Below, one piece after another: positions 29,349 through 39,388 of a DNA stretch of 64,000 nt (the first letter of the stretch is position 1; every line of letters starts with the position of its first letter). The notes below the pieces were generated by a model, which worked only from the letters and a program-made list of their open reading frames with translations, searched no databases and was not told the DNA's origin. The DNA is from Fibrobacteria bacterium (GTDB taxonomy: Bacteria; Fibrobacterota; Chitinivibrionia; Chitinivibrionales; FEN-1185), in contig JBBIGR010000004.1 in the NCBI GenBank assembly GCA_037447435.1, forward strand, positions 96,001 through 160,000, written 5' to 3'. Made by a program: the position numbers and the translations under genes.

Positions 29349-30914
29349 TTATCGGGATAGAAGTATCGGTTTACAGAAAATCGATTGATTTGAGGATTGT
29401 ATCCGTAAAAGATACGCTCCGTTTGCAAAGTTTCGCAGGGTGAAAAGCGGAATCTCAATTTCATTGTCACGAGCGGCAAATTCGCCTTTAAATACTTTTT
29501 CACCGTTTAAACGCGATATGGCAACCGTTGTTTTTGCTTTTCCGACATTCGTTATGGTAAGAAGCCCGTTTTTGATTTTAATGAATTGAGGGGAATTTTC
29601 CGCTTTATTTGATTTTTGGACCGAAACTTTTCCCGAATCAGGATTAAGCGGATTGATCGGCATGCTTTTCGACAACGACCTTTGGTTTTTAAGCAAACGA
29701 CCGGCTTCTCCGGCAAGCCGCAAATACCAATCGCTCGGCAAATTGTAGCCGTCGGCATCCAGCGTCAGCCACCAATCCGCAGGTGCAAGAGACTTTTTAG
29801 GACATGCTTTCAAAATTGCAGTTCCTTCATCGACTTCGTCGAACATTGCTCCGTAAAGCATCGTGGCGCCCGCGCTTACTGCATTGTAAATTTGCTCCCA
29901 ATAAAACGTACCGCCTTTGCGGGGTATCTGGTTTTGAGGACCCGGTGTCGCACTCCCGCGAGTCATATTCGCCCAGGAAAACCCGGGAAACACCACAGGT
30001 AAATAATCGATGCCGAGCTTTTTGCATTCTGCAATGTCGGGTACGATTCGGTTCGTTTTGAAATTATCGGCTCCCGAGGCATCGCCGAAGCTTCCGACAA
30101 ACCACGGGCTGATGACGTCGGCGCTTCGAATCGTGGAAGCCCACGGTTCACCAAGCGTGCGCCAATGTGTGGCACCGTTGCTCACCACGCCGACCATTAC
30201 CGTTGCTTGGTATTTCGCATCTGCATCGGTATGAAACCAGTTCAGAATTTTTAACGCCACATCCGGAGTAATCGAACGGTCGTCAAAACCGTACCCCCAC
30301 ACCGACACAAGCGGCTTACCTTTATGTTTCAAATAGCGCGAGCTTGCAGTCACTTTAAACGTATCGACGAGATATTTCCAGTCGCTGGTAAGATCGTTGA
30401 AAAGAGTGCCGTTATTGGCACCGGTTATATCGTACATAACCGTGAAAACCCTGCCGTTGGCCTCTGCAGCCTGTTTGCAATTAAGAAGCACCTTGTTTGT
30501 AAAGTCGTTCCAGCCGACGTGCTTTGGCCCAAACCGCTGAATCCAGACGCCGTCGATGTTGTTTTCCTTCATCCACCTGAAATGCATGAGCTCGGTATTT
30601 ACCTTGTAGGAAGAAAACAACTTCACCGGCGAACCGTCCGGATATTTCATGTTCGTCGCATACAGCTCGCTCGGTAAAAATTCGGTAAGGTCGGGAAACA
30701 CGTCGCATTTCAATTGGGAATAGCTGGGGTCTTGGTTGTGAAACCAATGAAACCATCCCCCGCCCGAGCCGTCGCCCGGACATTGAAACCACCCTTGATA
30801 TCCGCACATGAATTTACCGGTCAATGTCGTTGCATCAACGGTGTCCTGGGCCCAAACAGGCATTATTCCGAAGCAAAAAAGAATACATACTATTAAAATT
30901 CCGCAACGTGACAT
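29349..30914 (-). CDS. Secreted GH99/GH71-like glycoside hydrolase
   Basis: GKFMCGYQGWF, HFRWMKENNIDGVWIQRF, PVVFPGFSW, AMFDEVDEGTAI; start MSRCG behind GAGG. Confidence 0.8.
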   Translation of the reverse strand: MSRCGILIVCILFCFGIMPVWAQDTVDATTLTGKFMCGYQGWFQCPGDGSGGGWFHWFHNQDPSYSQLKCDVFPDLTEFLPSELYATNMKYPDGSPVKLFSSYKVNTELMHFRWMKENNIDGVWIQRFGPKHVGWNDFTNKVLLNCKQAAEANGRVFTVMYDITGANNGTLFNDLTSDWKYLVDTFKVTASSRYLKHKGKPLVSVWGYGFDDRSITPDVALKILNWFHTDADAKYQATVMVGVVSNGATHWRTLGEPWASTIRSADVISPWFVGSFGDASGADNFKTNRIVPDIAECKKLGIDYLPVVFPGFSWANMTRGSATPGPQNQIPRKGGTFYWEQIYNAVSAGATMLYGAMFDEVDEGTAILKACPKKSLAPADWWLTLDADGYNLPSDWYLRLAGEAGRLLKNQRSLSKSMPINPLNPDSGKVSVQKSNKAENSPQFIKIKNGLLTITNVGKAKTTVAISRLNGEKVFKGEFAARDNEIEIPLFTLRNFANGAYLLRIQSSNQSIFCKPILLSR

Positions 30915-30943
30915 AGAACCTCTCAGGTTATTTTTTAAATGGC

Positions 30944-33355
30944 TTATTTCGCCAATACGAGTTTTCCGGTAACGACACCCTGCTTCATTTTCGCTTTTAC
31001 CAAATAGCAACCGCTGCGGACGCCCGCCTTATTCCAAACAAGATTGGAACCGGTGCAGTTGACAATTTGCTTAACGAGTTTTCCGGATGCATCCGTGATT
31101 TCCAAAGACGCGGGTATGCCCGGCAAAGAGAATTGGACAAATTTCCCCATAGCGGTGATGGTCATTTTCTGCTGTTTGGGAACCGACCGGGTTTCAATCA
31201 GAGCCGTGGATGCGGAATCGAGCGCGACAACCTTGCTCATATCAAAGGTGATTCCGTTCAATAATTTGATGTTGTTTTTCTTGGATACGGGACCAACGGC
31301 GAGCCTGGTCAATGTTCCCTGGTTCAAAGTTCCTTCGACAACGGTATTATCGGGCCCATGCAACCGGAAATCAACATTCCACGTTTTGTTCCATGCGGGA
31401 AATAATTGGATTGTGTCGTTGTCCGCCTGCAAAAGCATGCACTGAAGAGCCAATGAAGAAACATTGCCGCTGTTCATTTCAGGCAAACCGTCGACACCGC
31501 TAAAAAACGCCGGGAATCGCACAGTACCGCTTTTTAAATAATTGGTGACAAATTGCATGGCAATATCCGATTGACCAAGATAGGCTGCCTGCACCGCATC
31601 CTGCGACCAGTCATGGGTCTGGCTGAATTTCCTTTTGTTAAACGAATTGAGTGCAAGCGCCATATTTGGTTTGGAAACACCGAAAATCCTATACGGAAAA
31701 ATTGCGTAGAGCTCCGGATTTTCCGAATTGGCAGTTACGGCAGATGGTGTTGCCCCCTCGTAGTACATGAGTCTCATGGTACCGTTATCGTTGTAAGTTG
31801 GAAGATCAGCCACCTCACCCCGCAACCTGGTCCAGGTTGTTTTCAGGGAATCGGGCACAATCGACGAAGGGTATTTGACTAATTTATCAAGGTCCCATTG
31901 CAATCCCGCTAAATCGCAGCTCGGATTGGTGACTTTCCGGTAGGTTTCCAGCGCATTTGCAATAATGTTCAATTTCCCATTTGCACGCTGCCAATGCACG
32001 TCCCAAAAACGAAGTACTTCCCTTGCATACGGTATCAATTTTTGCGTTGCGAAAGTATTATCTTTTGTAAAATCATAATAATCCAGCATCATAGCAAGCA
32101 ATTCAAGGCTTCCGTTATAATGCAGACCTACCCAACCACTGATTGTGTTGATGCCGTCGCCGTAATCGCTATTGGCCCATAACCCGAAAAAGTGGACAGT
32201 TTCAGGAACGTTCATTCCGTCGTGATTGAACAACGCCTTGGTCGCTTCTTTTCGTATCGGAATCATGTCGGTATACATTTTGAAAAACGGGTTCATAAGG
32301 TCGAAATCGCCGGCTGCAAGATTGAGCCAAAACATGAGCCGGGTGTTTTGCATCCAATAGGTGCCGCCCCAGGTTCTGTTATCGGTGAAATTAAACAAAG
32401 ATCCGTTGAATTTTGCCGGATACGCGCCGCGGCCTTCGCACGCATTGACAAATCGTTGCAGCAGATAGTTTTTGGTCGTTTCGGTCTGAGTATTGTCGAG
32501 TTCTATCCAGCTGCGGCCCCAAAAATTAGCCCACCACTTTTCATGCGCGGCTCGCGCCTGGGAAACGCTTGTGGTATGTGCGGCAGCAACGATATTTTGA
32601 ATATCGGTTGTCCAAGCAGCGACACTGGCCGCTAAACTCGTATGCGTGAATATCTCGCATACCGCAACAGTGTCATTCGCCGAAGTAACGGTAGACCCGG
32701 AAGCGGTAAAACCGCTCCCCTGCATGATTCCGCCGAAGGTACGGTTCGACATCGGGTCGGTGAAATGCGTTTTATCGACTTTTTGCGTCGAGGTGGTCTG
32801 GTTCCATATATAGCTTGACGAAGGATTCCGATGATAGAAAACAACGGCGTTATTGCTTACCGAAACGGTTCTGCTGACAGCGGTGCCATACGACTGGTCT
32901 ACCGACACGGCCATAGTAAAAGCCTGGATTCCATGGCCTTCGATGCGCACAACCGACGCATTCGCGTCAACATACATTATTATGTCTTTCTGGGATACCC
33001 CAGTTCCGCCGATAATTTCTATCTCACCCTCTTTGAGTTTGAGTACCTGGGAAAAGCCCGAGGAGAACGGATTGGGGGTGATCGTCACATCGATTTTGGC
33101 CAATTTGGGAAGCATTGACTCGACCCAACCGTTGTCATTCGCATCATTCCACGCATCGGTGCGACCGATAAGAAAATGAATAACATTATTTTGCACCCAC
33201 ACATTGCATCCGGTTTCACCATTACCAATAGGCATGGAGCCGGTGACATCCGCACTTTGCGATGTCCAAGTCTGATTATACGTGGTCACGTTGAATGCCT
33301 GCGCCAAGGTGCAAAACAAAGCCATAATAATCAAGCCGCATTGAATTTTTCTCAT
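30944..33355 (-). CDS. Secreted DUF5703 / GH95-like (alpha/alpha)6 glycosidase
   Basis: SMPIGNGETGCNVW, KFNGSLF, WMQNTRL, ENPELYAIFPY, LFPAW...VDFRLH; start MRKIQ behind AAGGAG. Confidence 0.75.
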   Translation of the reverse strand: MRKIQCGLIIMALFCTLAQAFNVTTYNQTWTSQSADVTGSMPIGNGETGCNVWVQNNVIHFLIGRTDAWNDANDNGWVESMLPKLAKIDVTITPNPFSSGFSQVLKLKEGEIEIIGGTGVSQKDIIMYVDANASVVRIEGHGIQAFTMAVSVDQSYGTAVSRTVSVSNNAVVFYHRNPSSSYIWNQTTSTQKVDKTHFTDPMSNRTFGGIMQGSGFTASGSTVTSANDTVAVCEIFTHTSLAASVAAWTTDIQNIVAAAHTTSVSQARAAHEKWWANFWGRSWIELDNTQTETTKNYLLQRFVNACEGRGAYPAKFNGSLFNFTDNRTWGGTYWMQNTRLMFWLNLAAGDFDLMNPFFKMYTDMIPIRKEATKALFNHDGMNVPETVHFFGLWANSDYGDGINTISGWVGLHYNGSLELLAMMLDYYDFTKDNTFATQKLIPYAREVLRFWDVHWQRANGKLNIIANALETYRKVTNPSCDLAGLQWDLDKLVKYPSSIVPDSLKTTWTRLRGEVADLPTYNDNGTMRLMYYEGATPSAVTANSENPELYAIFPYRIFGVSKPNMALALNSFNKRKFSQTHDWSQDAVQAAYLGQSDIAMQFVTNYLKSGTVRFPAFFSGVDGLPEMNSGNVSSLALQCMLLQADNDTIQLFPAWNKTWNVDFRLHGPDNTVVEGTLNQGTLTRLAVGPVSKKNNIKLLNGITFDMSKVVALDSASTALIETRSVPKQQKMTITAMGKFVQFSLPGIPASLEITDASGKLVKQIVNCTGSNLVWNKAGVRSGCYLVKAKMKQGVVTGKLVLAK

Positions 33356-33392
33356 TGGTACTCCTTTTGCATTTCTTATCGTATGCAAGCTT

Positions 33393-35087
33393 TTACCGGT
33401 TTGAAACAGCGGTAAACCTTGCGATATAGACTCCGCCGGCGATCCCGAAATCATGTGACAAGCTCATATTGTTTTTAGTGACGGTAAAGTCTCGGATGCA
33501 TTTACCGTTAATATCGTACAGTTTTCCTTTAATCGTTTTTCCCATAAACTCATGGGGCAGCGAAATATTGTCTCCGACTATTTTGCTGCATTTATTGACC
33601 GCCAGAAATTCTGGCGCGCTTTCCCGTGTTGCGGCCGGAGTGCCGATACCCGTCGTCAAAGAATCGTAAATGCAAAAACTCGCATACGACAATGCGGGCA
33701 ATGTCGCCGTGATCATTTGAGTACCGACGCAGATTGCGACATTTTGCGGACCGTTGTTTTGATTGTTGGTGACCACGACAAGACTTCCGTCGGGATTTTT
33801 CACCGCGATTTCATTGGTATCGTACTGGCCGGTTACCTTAAGCACTTTTGATCCCGGTCTGATGTAATAGCTTAAATGCTTGAGTCCGTAATATTGTGAA
33901 TTATAAGTGATTTTTTTTCCTACGGTGTCTATGGTAATCATGGAATTCTGAGCCCAATGTCCGCTGGAACCCGTTGCCCACTGCGCACTGAAGCCTCCGT
34001 TTGCCAAAATCAAGTTCCATTGAAACGCACCGGATACGCCGTTGGCAATTCCCATTTTAATTTCCGGGAATGTCGACGATTGAATATAGTTCCATGAATT
34101 GTCCCCGCCGCCGCATTGCAATTCCGTCAAGTATTCTCTGACGTTGGGGAATTTTTTATGGATATAGTTGATTTCGTCTTCACCTTGATACTGATAGCAA
34201 ACCGTGGTGATAATGGGACCGGTATACGGGTCTCTGAGCATCGGAACAAAGGCATTCGTGTCGTTTATATTCATTGTCGGCGTCCATAATTCGACATCGG
34301 GGTGATCGGCAACCATTCGCGGACCAAGGAAATTTTTCATGAAATTCAGCATCATGGTTCCCGACGACCATCTCATGGAGGGAAAAGGCTGGCAACAGTA
34401 GGGTTCGTTCTGAAACGCCAATGCGAAAAACGGAATGCCATAGGCCTTATAGAGGGTTATGGCTTTTGAAAAATACAGAGCATATGCCGTTAATGTCGCA
34501 TTATCCTGTTTCAATGCGCAGTCTTCGGAAATGGCGGTTCCACCAAACCAATTATTATTGTTTTTCATCCATGCCGGTGCCGACCAGGGGCTTCCCCAAA
34601 CCTTTAGATTCGGGTTGCGGACAAGTGCTTTCTTGACAAAATCGAGCGTGACGAGACTGTCGCGGTTAATGCTTATTTTAGACATTGCATAGTCGCCGCT
34701 GTTATCGTTAAGAGAATACCCGTCGATCGAAAAATCGCTGCATCCGATCGGTAAGCGGATCATATTGAATTTGCAGCCGCTCACCGTATCGAACAATGCC
34801 TTTATCACGCTGTCCTGTAATGTTGAAGACAATTTATGCAATGCCAACACTCCGGATTCGTTGGGACTTCCGCCCCATCCGGTCATGGTTTGATATTTGA
34901 CCGTGGTATCGAGAATTATTTCCGTGTTCTGGGTAGTGTGGGTTACAACCGACAATGCTTGCTCCGCAGCCCAAGGACTGGCCGATGTCGAGGTACGCCA
35001 TTTCGCTTTCAATACGGCATGTGCCGGAGTATTAATCCCTCCTATCAGTATACAAAGAAACAATATCATCGCAAAACATTTGAACAT
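33393..35087 (-). CDS. Secreted GH30 glycoside hydrolase
   Basis: RLPIGCSDFS, GSPWSAPAWMK, acid/base QNEP, nucleophile YLTE, FQWNL, KNPDGS; alternative start 35108. Confidence 0.9.
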   Translation of the reverse strand: MFKCFAMILFLCILIGGINTPAHAVLKAKWRTSTSASPWAAEQALSVVTHTTQNTEIILDTTVKYQTMTGWGGSPNESGVLALHKLSSTLQDSVIKALFDTVSGCKFNMIRLPIGCSDFSIDGYSLNDNSGDYAMSKISINRDSLVTLDFVKKALVRNPNLKVWGSPWSAPAWMKNNNNWFGGTAISEDCALKQDNATLTAYALYFSKAITLYKAYGIPFFALAFQNEPYCCQPFPSMRWSSGTMMLNFMKNFLGPRMVADHPDVELWTPTMNINDTNAFVPMLRDPYTGPIITTVCYQYQGEDEINYIHKKFPNVREYLTELQCGGGDNSWNYIQSSTFPEIKMGIANGVSGAFQWNLILANGGFSAQWATGSSGHWAQNSMITIDTVGKKITYNSQYYGLKHLSYYIRPGSKVLKVTGQYDTNEIAVKNPDGSLVVVTNNQNNGPQNVAICVGTQMITATLPALSYASFCIYDSLTTGIGTPAATRESAPEFLAVNKCSKIVGDNISLPHEFMGKTIKGKLYDINGKCIRDFTVTKNNMSLSHDFGIAGGVYIARFTAVSNR

Positions 35088-35132
35088 GTCAATCCTCTGC
35101 TTTACCATATCAGCCCACCCTCGGAAAAATTT

Positions 35133-36536
35133 TTAAAAAGAATATTTAATTTTCAGCATCCAATACCATTGGCTGTTTTTTATCAACGCCGACTCGTAAT
35201 CCTGATATTTCTTGATATATGTTTCCGTCCTCAAATGGTCTCTGCCGATTAATCCGATTATCGACAATCCGTCATAAATGGTTTTCTTTCCATAGATGAT
35301 CCATTTCCAATCGTCGTGGGTATAATCATAGGCATTTTCATTTGCCCCCGGAGCAGACGGAGTAGCGGAAACCGCACCGGTATAATTTTGATAACTATCC
35401 GGGTATTTTGCGCCGAACCATTCGCCTTCGAGAGCGAGAACGTCTAGTTGTTTAAACGAGGGGATATTGAATCCGATCGTCACAGGCATTTTTTCCCAAA
35501 TATTATCGTATCCGTAAGGATTGCAAATATTATTAGTGTCAAGTGCATTGCTTTTGGGATAACTCGCCAAGCCCAGTACGGCGGTTTCCATATAAACCTG
35601 TCCGTCCTTTTCGCCCAAAAGCGGGAAATCGAAAAAGCGTTTCGGATCGACCATACATCGGAACATCAGCTTCGTTCCTTGATATGTATAATAGCCCGTA
35701 TCGTTTGGGGAATTTAAATAGCCGTTGGTTTGATAATCATGCGTCGATATTTCAATGTCGTTTTTTTCGTCAACCGAGAACAAACTGCCGATAGAAAGGC
35801 CGAGTCCGACATCAAACGCCTTTCCAATCGATGCATCCGCAACATAGGAAAGAGAAAAGTTATAAAACGGTTCAATGTCCGACATTGTCGTCAACAAAAG
35901 ATCCTGACACAGCCAATCGGATAATTTGTGTGAAATAATAATTCCATTGAGACGTGCCAACGGAAGATCGAAATTTGTTTCGATATACGCTGGATAGCAT
36001 CCGGTTCTGAACAAATATTCGCCGAAATCCTGTGCCTGCGGATTGTACTTGTATTCGAACCGTCCGATCCCGATAGTGAGCTCCGATTTTCCTTTATCTC
36101 CAAATGATATTATTCCTTCGGCATTTGTTATCGTTATGTCGAAGTTCTGCATAGGAGCGCCGAAGGTCGAATTATCGCGGACCGCGCTTAACGGACTCGT
36201 ATTGTACCACATTCGCGATTCGAGCGAAATAACGGCGGAAAAGATATCGTTTACTTTTGCGTGTGCGGCCAAACCGGCATATAAATGCCCTATCCATAGG
36301 TGATATAGTTCCGAATTCAAATTTCCGCCATAGTGACCATCCTCTATTTCGCCTGCTTCGATTGCCCCATATCCGGAAATGTCGATATGTTTTTGCGTCG
36401 TTTTTGCATCTGCCTTTTGGGGCGTAATTTCCAATGCGACCGAATCTGCAGACAAGGGGTCGGCATACAGACAGGCGCACAAAGAAAGTAATGCAGCCGA
36501 AGAGGCGCACAGATGTTTTAGACTAGCAGAAAGAAT
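35133..36536 (-). CDS. Predicted outer-membrane beta-barrel protein; probable non-canonical ATT start at 36536 (track start 36482)
   Basis: Amphipathic strands, GRFEYKYNP, C-terminal WYWMLKIKYSF BAM-type signal; AGGAGG 5 nt upstream of an in-frame ATT. Confidence 0.65.
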   Translation of the reverse strand: MLSASLKHLCASSAALLSLCACLYADPLSADSVALEITPQKADAKTTQKHIDISGYGAIEAGEIEDGHYGGNLNSELYHLWIGHLYAGLAAHAKVNDIFSAVISLESRMWYNTSPLSAVRDNSTFGAPMQNFDITITNAEGIISFGDKGKSELTIGIGRFEYKYNPQAQDFGEYLFRTGCYPAYIETNFDLPLARLNGIIISHKLSDWLCQDLLLTTMSDIEPFYNFSLSYVADASIGKAFDVGLGLSIGSLFSVDEKNDIEISTHDYQTNGYLNSPNDTGYYTYQGTKLMFRCMVDPKRFFDFPLLGEKDGQVYMETAVLGLASYPKSNALDTNNICNPYGYDNIWEKMPVTIGFNIPSFKQLDVLALEGEWFGAKYPDSYQNYTGAVSATPSAPGANENAYDYTHDDWKWIIYGKKTIYDGLSIIGLIGRDHLRTETYIKKYQDYESALIKNSQWYWMLKIKYSF

Positions 36537-36564
36537 AAGTTCCTCCTTTGCAAAGTATCTATTA

Positions 36565-38952
36565 TCAATTTATAAGTTGAGCAGTCAGCGATCTTTTTTC
36601 CGTCAATAGTTTTTTGGCTATTTGCACGTTTCCCGCCGCATTCCGCAAAATTATTAAATAATAACCGGAATGAATCTTTGGTAATTGAGCATTTTTCGTC
36701 AAAAGTACATTTTTGACGATGCACTTTCCATCGGCACTGAAAATCGATATTTCAAGTAACGGCGATTTTTTCGCAAACATTGCCTGCCTTGGAGCAACCG
36801 ACACCGTACCGCCGTTGGAGGTAATGAACTGCTTAAGCGTGTTATAGGATAATATGTTGATTTGGCCGATAAGCCCGAGATCGCTGGTATTTCTTGCGCA
36901 TTCCGCCAATTTAAGAAGTGCGAGATAAAACTGGTTCAGCCCGTTATTCAGGTCCAGGCATGCGGCGGATTTGCCACTCGTTTTATACGTCGCATACGAC
37001 TTATTTATATTTATTAATCCCTGGACATATAATATCCTGAAATCAAGCCTGTTGATCATGATATCGAGCCAGTATTGGCCCGATGCTAAAAGTTGCGGTC
37101 TCAAACTTTTCAAACTGGATGAATATCCCTGGTCGCGCACTACGATAGATTGTTGCTTTGTGATTAATGTCTGGCAATTGTTCAAGGTCGTTTGGTCCGT
37201 GGTGAAAGCTGAAAGCTGCAACGGCTGCCAACCTTCCGAAATGTTCATGTCCCTGTAATCGCCTGTCGTCGCGGCGGGGATCGACGCTTCGCTGCTGTCG
37301 CTTGCATTATAAAAATTCAGCATGGTCGTTGCGGCGGCGGCGCCGTACAGTTTTGTGCAATAATCGGAATAGAATTGCGCTCCGGTAAGAGAGGGGTTCC
37401 AAACAAATTCAGCAAGGTATTTGATATTGTGTTCAACGCCGGACTGCTTCCACCCGTCAAGCGTCACGCATTCCACGTTGTTCGCCGCGCAGGCTTTGTA
37501 CATTTTTTCCTGTTTTAAAACACGATATTCGGGAAACCAGACCAGTCCGTCGTATTCCCACCAATCCGTCATCCATGTTTTACGATCTGTTGTCAATTTA
37601 TACTCGTTAGTCGCCTCGTTTATCCCTTGCCGGGTGTCCCATGAATTCATACCGTGGAATATGATTTCCTTCGGGCAGTCCCGATCGAAACCGCTGAAAA
37701 GTTCCGACATATCCCATCCGCCAGTCGCAATTTTGCTTCGTTCCGCGGAAGTCAGTTTGTTGACGGTTTGCAAAAACAAATACGCGTAATCGATGTCGCC
37801 CTTTTTATTCGCGTCGGTTGCCCAATAGGAATACTGATTCCGGATTGCGGTTGCGGCAGCATCGTTGGTCACGGTTTTCCATAATGCGCCGCCTGCTTCT
37901 GCCTGCCACATCCAGTAATAATCGGATTTCGGATAAATTTGTACCAACCGTCTGTAGCGGTCGACTTCCTTGTTTACATTACTTGCGTTGAGCGGATCAG
38001 GCATCGGTTCCCAACCCCTGGAAGTTGTCAAGGCGAAATTGCCGCCTCTTGGTTGCATGAGACAAAACCCGACCACCGTGGATATTCCGCGCGTATGGGC
38101 ATAATCAATCACTCTGCGGAGCATCGCCTGACACGAATCTTGAGCAACACCATTGCCTTTACTTTTGTTCTGCCACCATTGCCTGGTACCGAATGTCGTC
38201 ATTGAACCGAAGGGCCCGCCGCCATACATTTTTGCCGGATCAAACGAGTCCTGCCAATCCGCAACATGGTCCGAAGTCGCATTGGGAGACCCGTCGGAAT
38301 AAGTGTCGTTATAATATGCCATTCCCGGATAAAAATGAAATTCTATAAAGTTAAGCCTTAACCGCGTCATCCTATCGATAAACAGCTTAAAATCTTCCTC
38401 ATTCCATCCCGACATGCCGCATAAAAAATTGTCCCAGGGAAATAGGCCGTAATATCTGAACGCCGGGGCAACGCTGATATTTAAATTTTTTATAGTAAAA
38501 GCAGCCTGAGGCGGCAGAATTTCTCCGGATATTTGAAAATATGCCCCATACTGTTGTAAAAAATCATATACGCAGGGAGAAAGCCCCGTATCGCTCTTGG
38601 CTGCGAGATAAATCGTATTGTTTATCGTCTTGATGGCATAGCCATGATCGGCGTATTTTCCTGTTGGGAAACCGATATTGCCGCTGGAAACTTGTTGAGC
38701 GATAAGAGCGTTGTTTATCGGAGTACCTATTACTATATCAAATGTCGACGGCGTTCCCGAAGTATCTATTGCATCCGAAAACATCTTGCTTAAAAATGAA
38801 ACCGCATCGCTTACGACCCAGGCTTCCAAAGCGGTTTTAGGGGAACCGGTTTTAATCTTAATGGCAGCCTCAGCCTGAAATTGACATATCAGCAACCCGG
38901 CTGTTGCCATGAAAGCGGTTAACAAGGTTTTTCCCGGAATTCGTATTTTCAT
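36565..38952 (-). CDS. Secreted uncharacterised glycoside-hydrolase-like protein (GH20/GH67-type N-domain plus TIM barrel)
   Basis: DIVIGT..HGYAIK..IYLAA..VYDFLQQYG N-domain; PAFRYYG, FIDRMTRLRLNFIEFHFYP, RRVIDYAHTRGI; CTD-like tail. Confidence 0.6.
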   Translation of the reverse strand: MKIRIPGKTLLTAFMATAGLLICQFQAEAAIKIKTGSPKTALEAWVVSDAVSFLSKMFSDAIDTSGTPSTFDIVIGTPINNALIAQQVSSGNIGFPTGKYADHGYAIKTINNTIYLAAKSDTGLSPCVYDFLQQYGAYFQISGEILPPQAAFTIKNLNISVAPAFRYYGLFPWDNFLCGMSGWNEEDFKLFIDRMTRLRLNFIEFHFYPGMAYYNDTYSDGSPNATSDHVADWQDSFDPAKMYGGGPFGSMTTFGTRQWWQNKSKGNGVAQDSCQAMLRRVIDYAHTRGISTVVGFCLMQPRGGNFALTTSRGWEPMPDPLNASNVNKEVDRYRRLVQIYPKSDYYWMWQAEAGGALWKTVTNDAAATAIRNQYSYWATDANKKGDIDYAYLFLQTVNKLTSAERSKIATGGWDMSELFSGFDRDCPKEIIFHGMNSWDTRQGINEATNEYKLTTDRKTWMTDWWEYDGLVWFPEYRVLKQEKMYKACAANNVECVTLDGWKQSGVEHNIKYLAEFVWNPSLTGAQFYSDYCTKLYGAAAATTMLNFYNASDSSEASIPAATTGDYRDMNISEGWQPLQLSAFTTDQTTLNNCQTLITKQQSIVVRDQGYSSSLKSLRPQLLASGQYWLDIMINRLDFRILYVQGLININKSYATYKTSGKSAACLDLNNGLNQFYLALLKLAECARNTSDLGLIGQINILSYNTLKQFITSNGGTVSVAPRQAMFAKKSPLLEISIFSADGKCIVKNVLLTKNAQLPKIHSGYYLIILRNAAGNVQIAKKLLTEKRSLTAQLIN

Positions 38953-39388
38953 AAACCTTTTTTTCCCCGATGGAAAAATGATTTTTCGTCGTATCTATTA
39001 TACCACTTTATAGTGATTTCGTATAGAAACAAAACCCATATAAAATCGGCCATTCCCTGCTTTGAAAAAGGGTCCGTATCTCGCAAAAAACCGGTTTAAT
39101 TTCTTCACTTTCCCTATCAAAAGAATATAAGAAAATAAAAGTAAAACGTTCGATATTTATAAAAAAAACAGTTAACTAATTAAAAGTGTATTTTTGCAAC
39201 ATAAAACGTTATAAGGCAATAATTATAATCAAGATATAATAAATATCAAGTATATATTATTATATACAAATCTAGCTTATATAATTGATAACACGATAAA
39301 TGAAAAACTGGAACTGCGGGAATATCTCTAAATAGCGTTCCTCCCCCAAAAAGGGGGAGGATTCGCGGTTTCGCAAAAGTAGCAGTAA

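Noticed and set aside
39339..39361. GC hairpin after GH39 as a terminator
   Set aside because: Stem is real but lacks a U-tract on the coding strand; it may be a stabilising hairpin only
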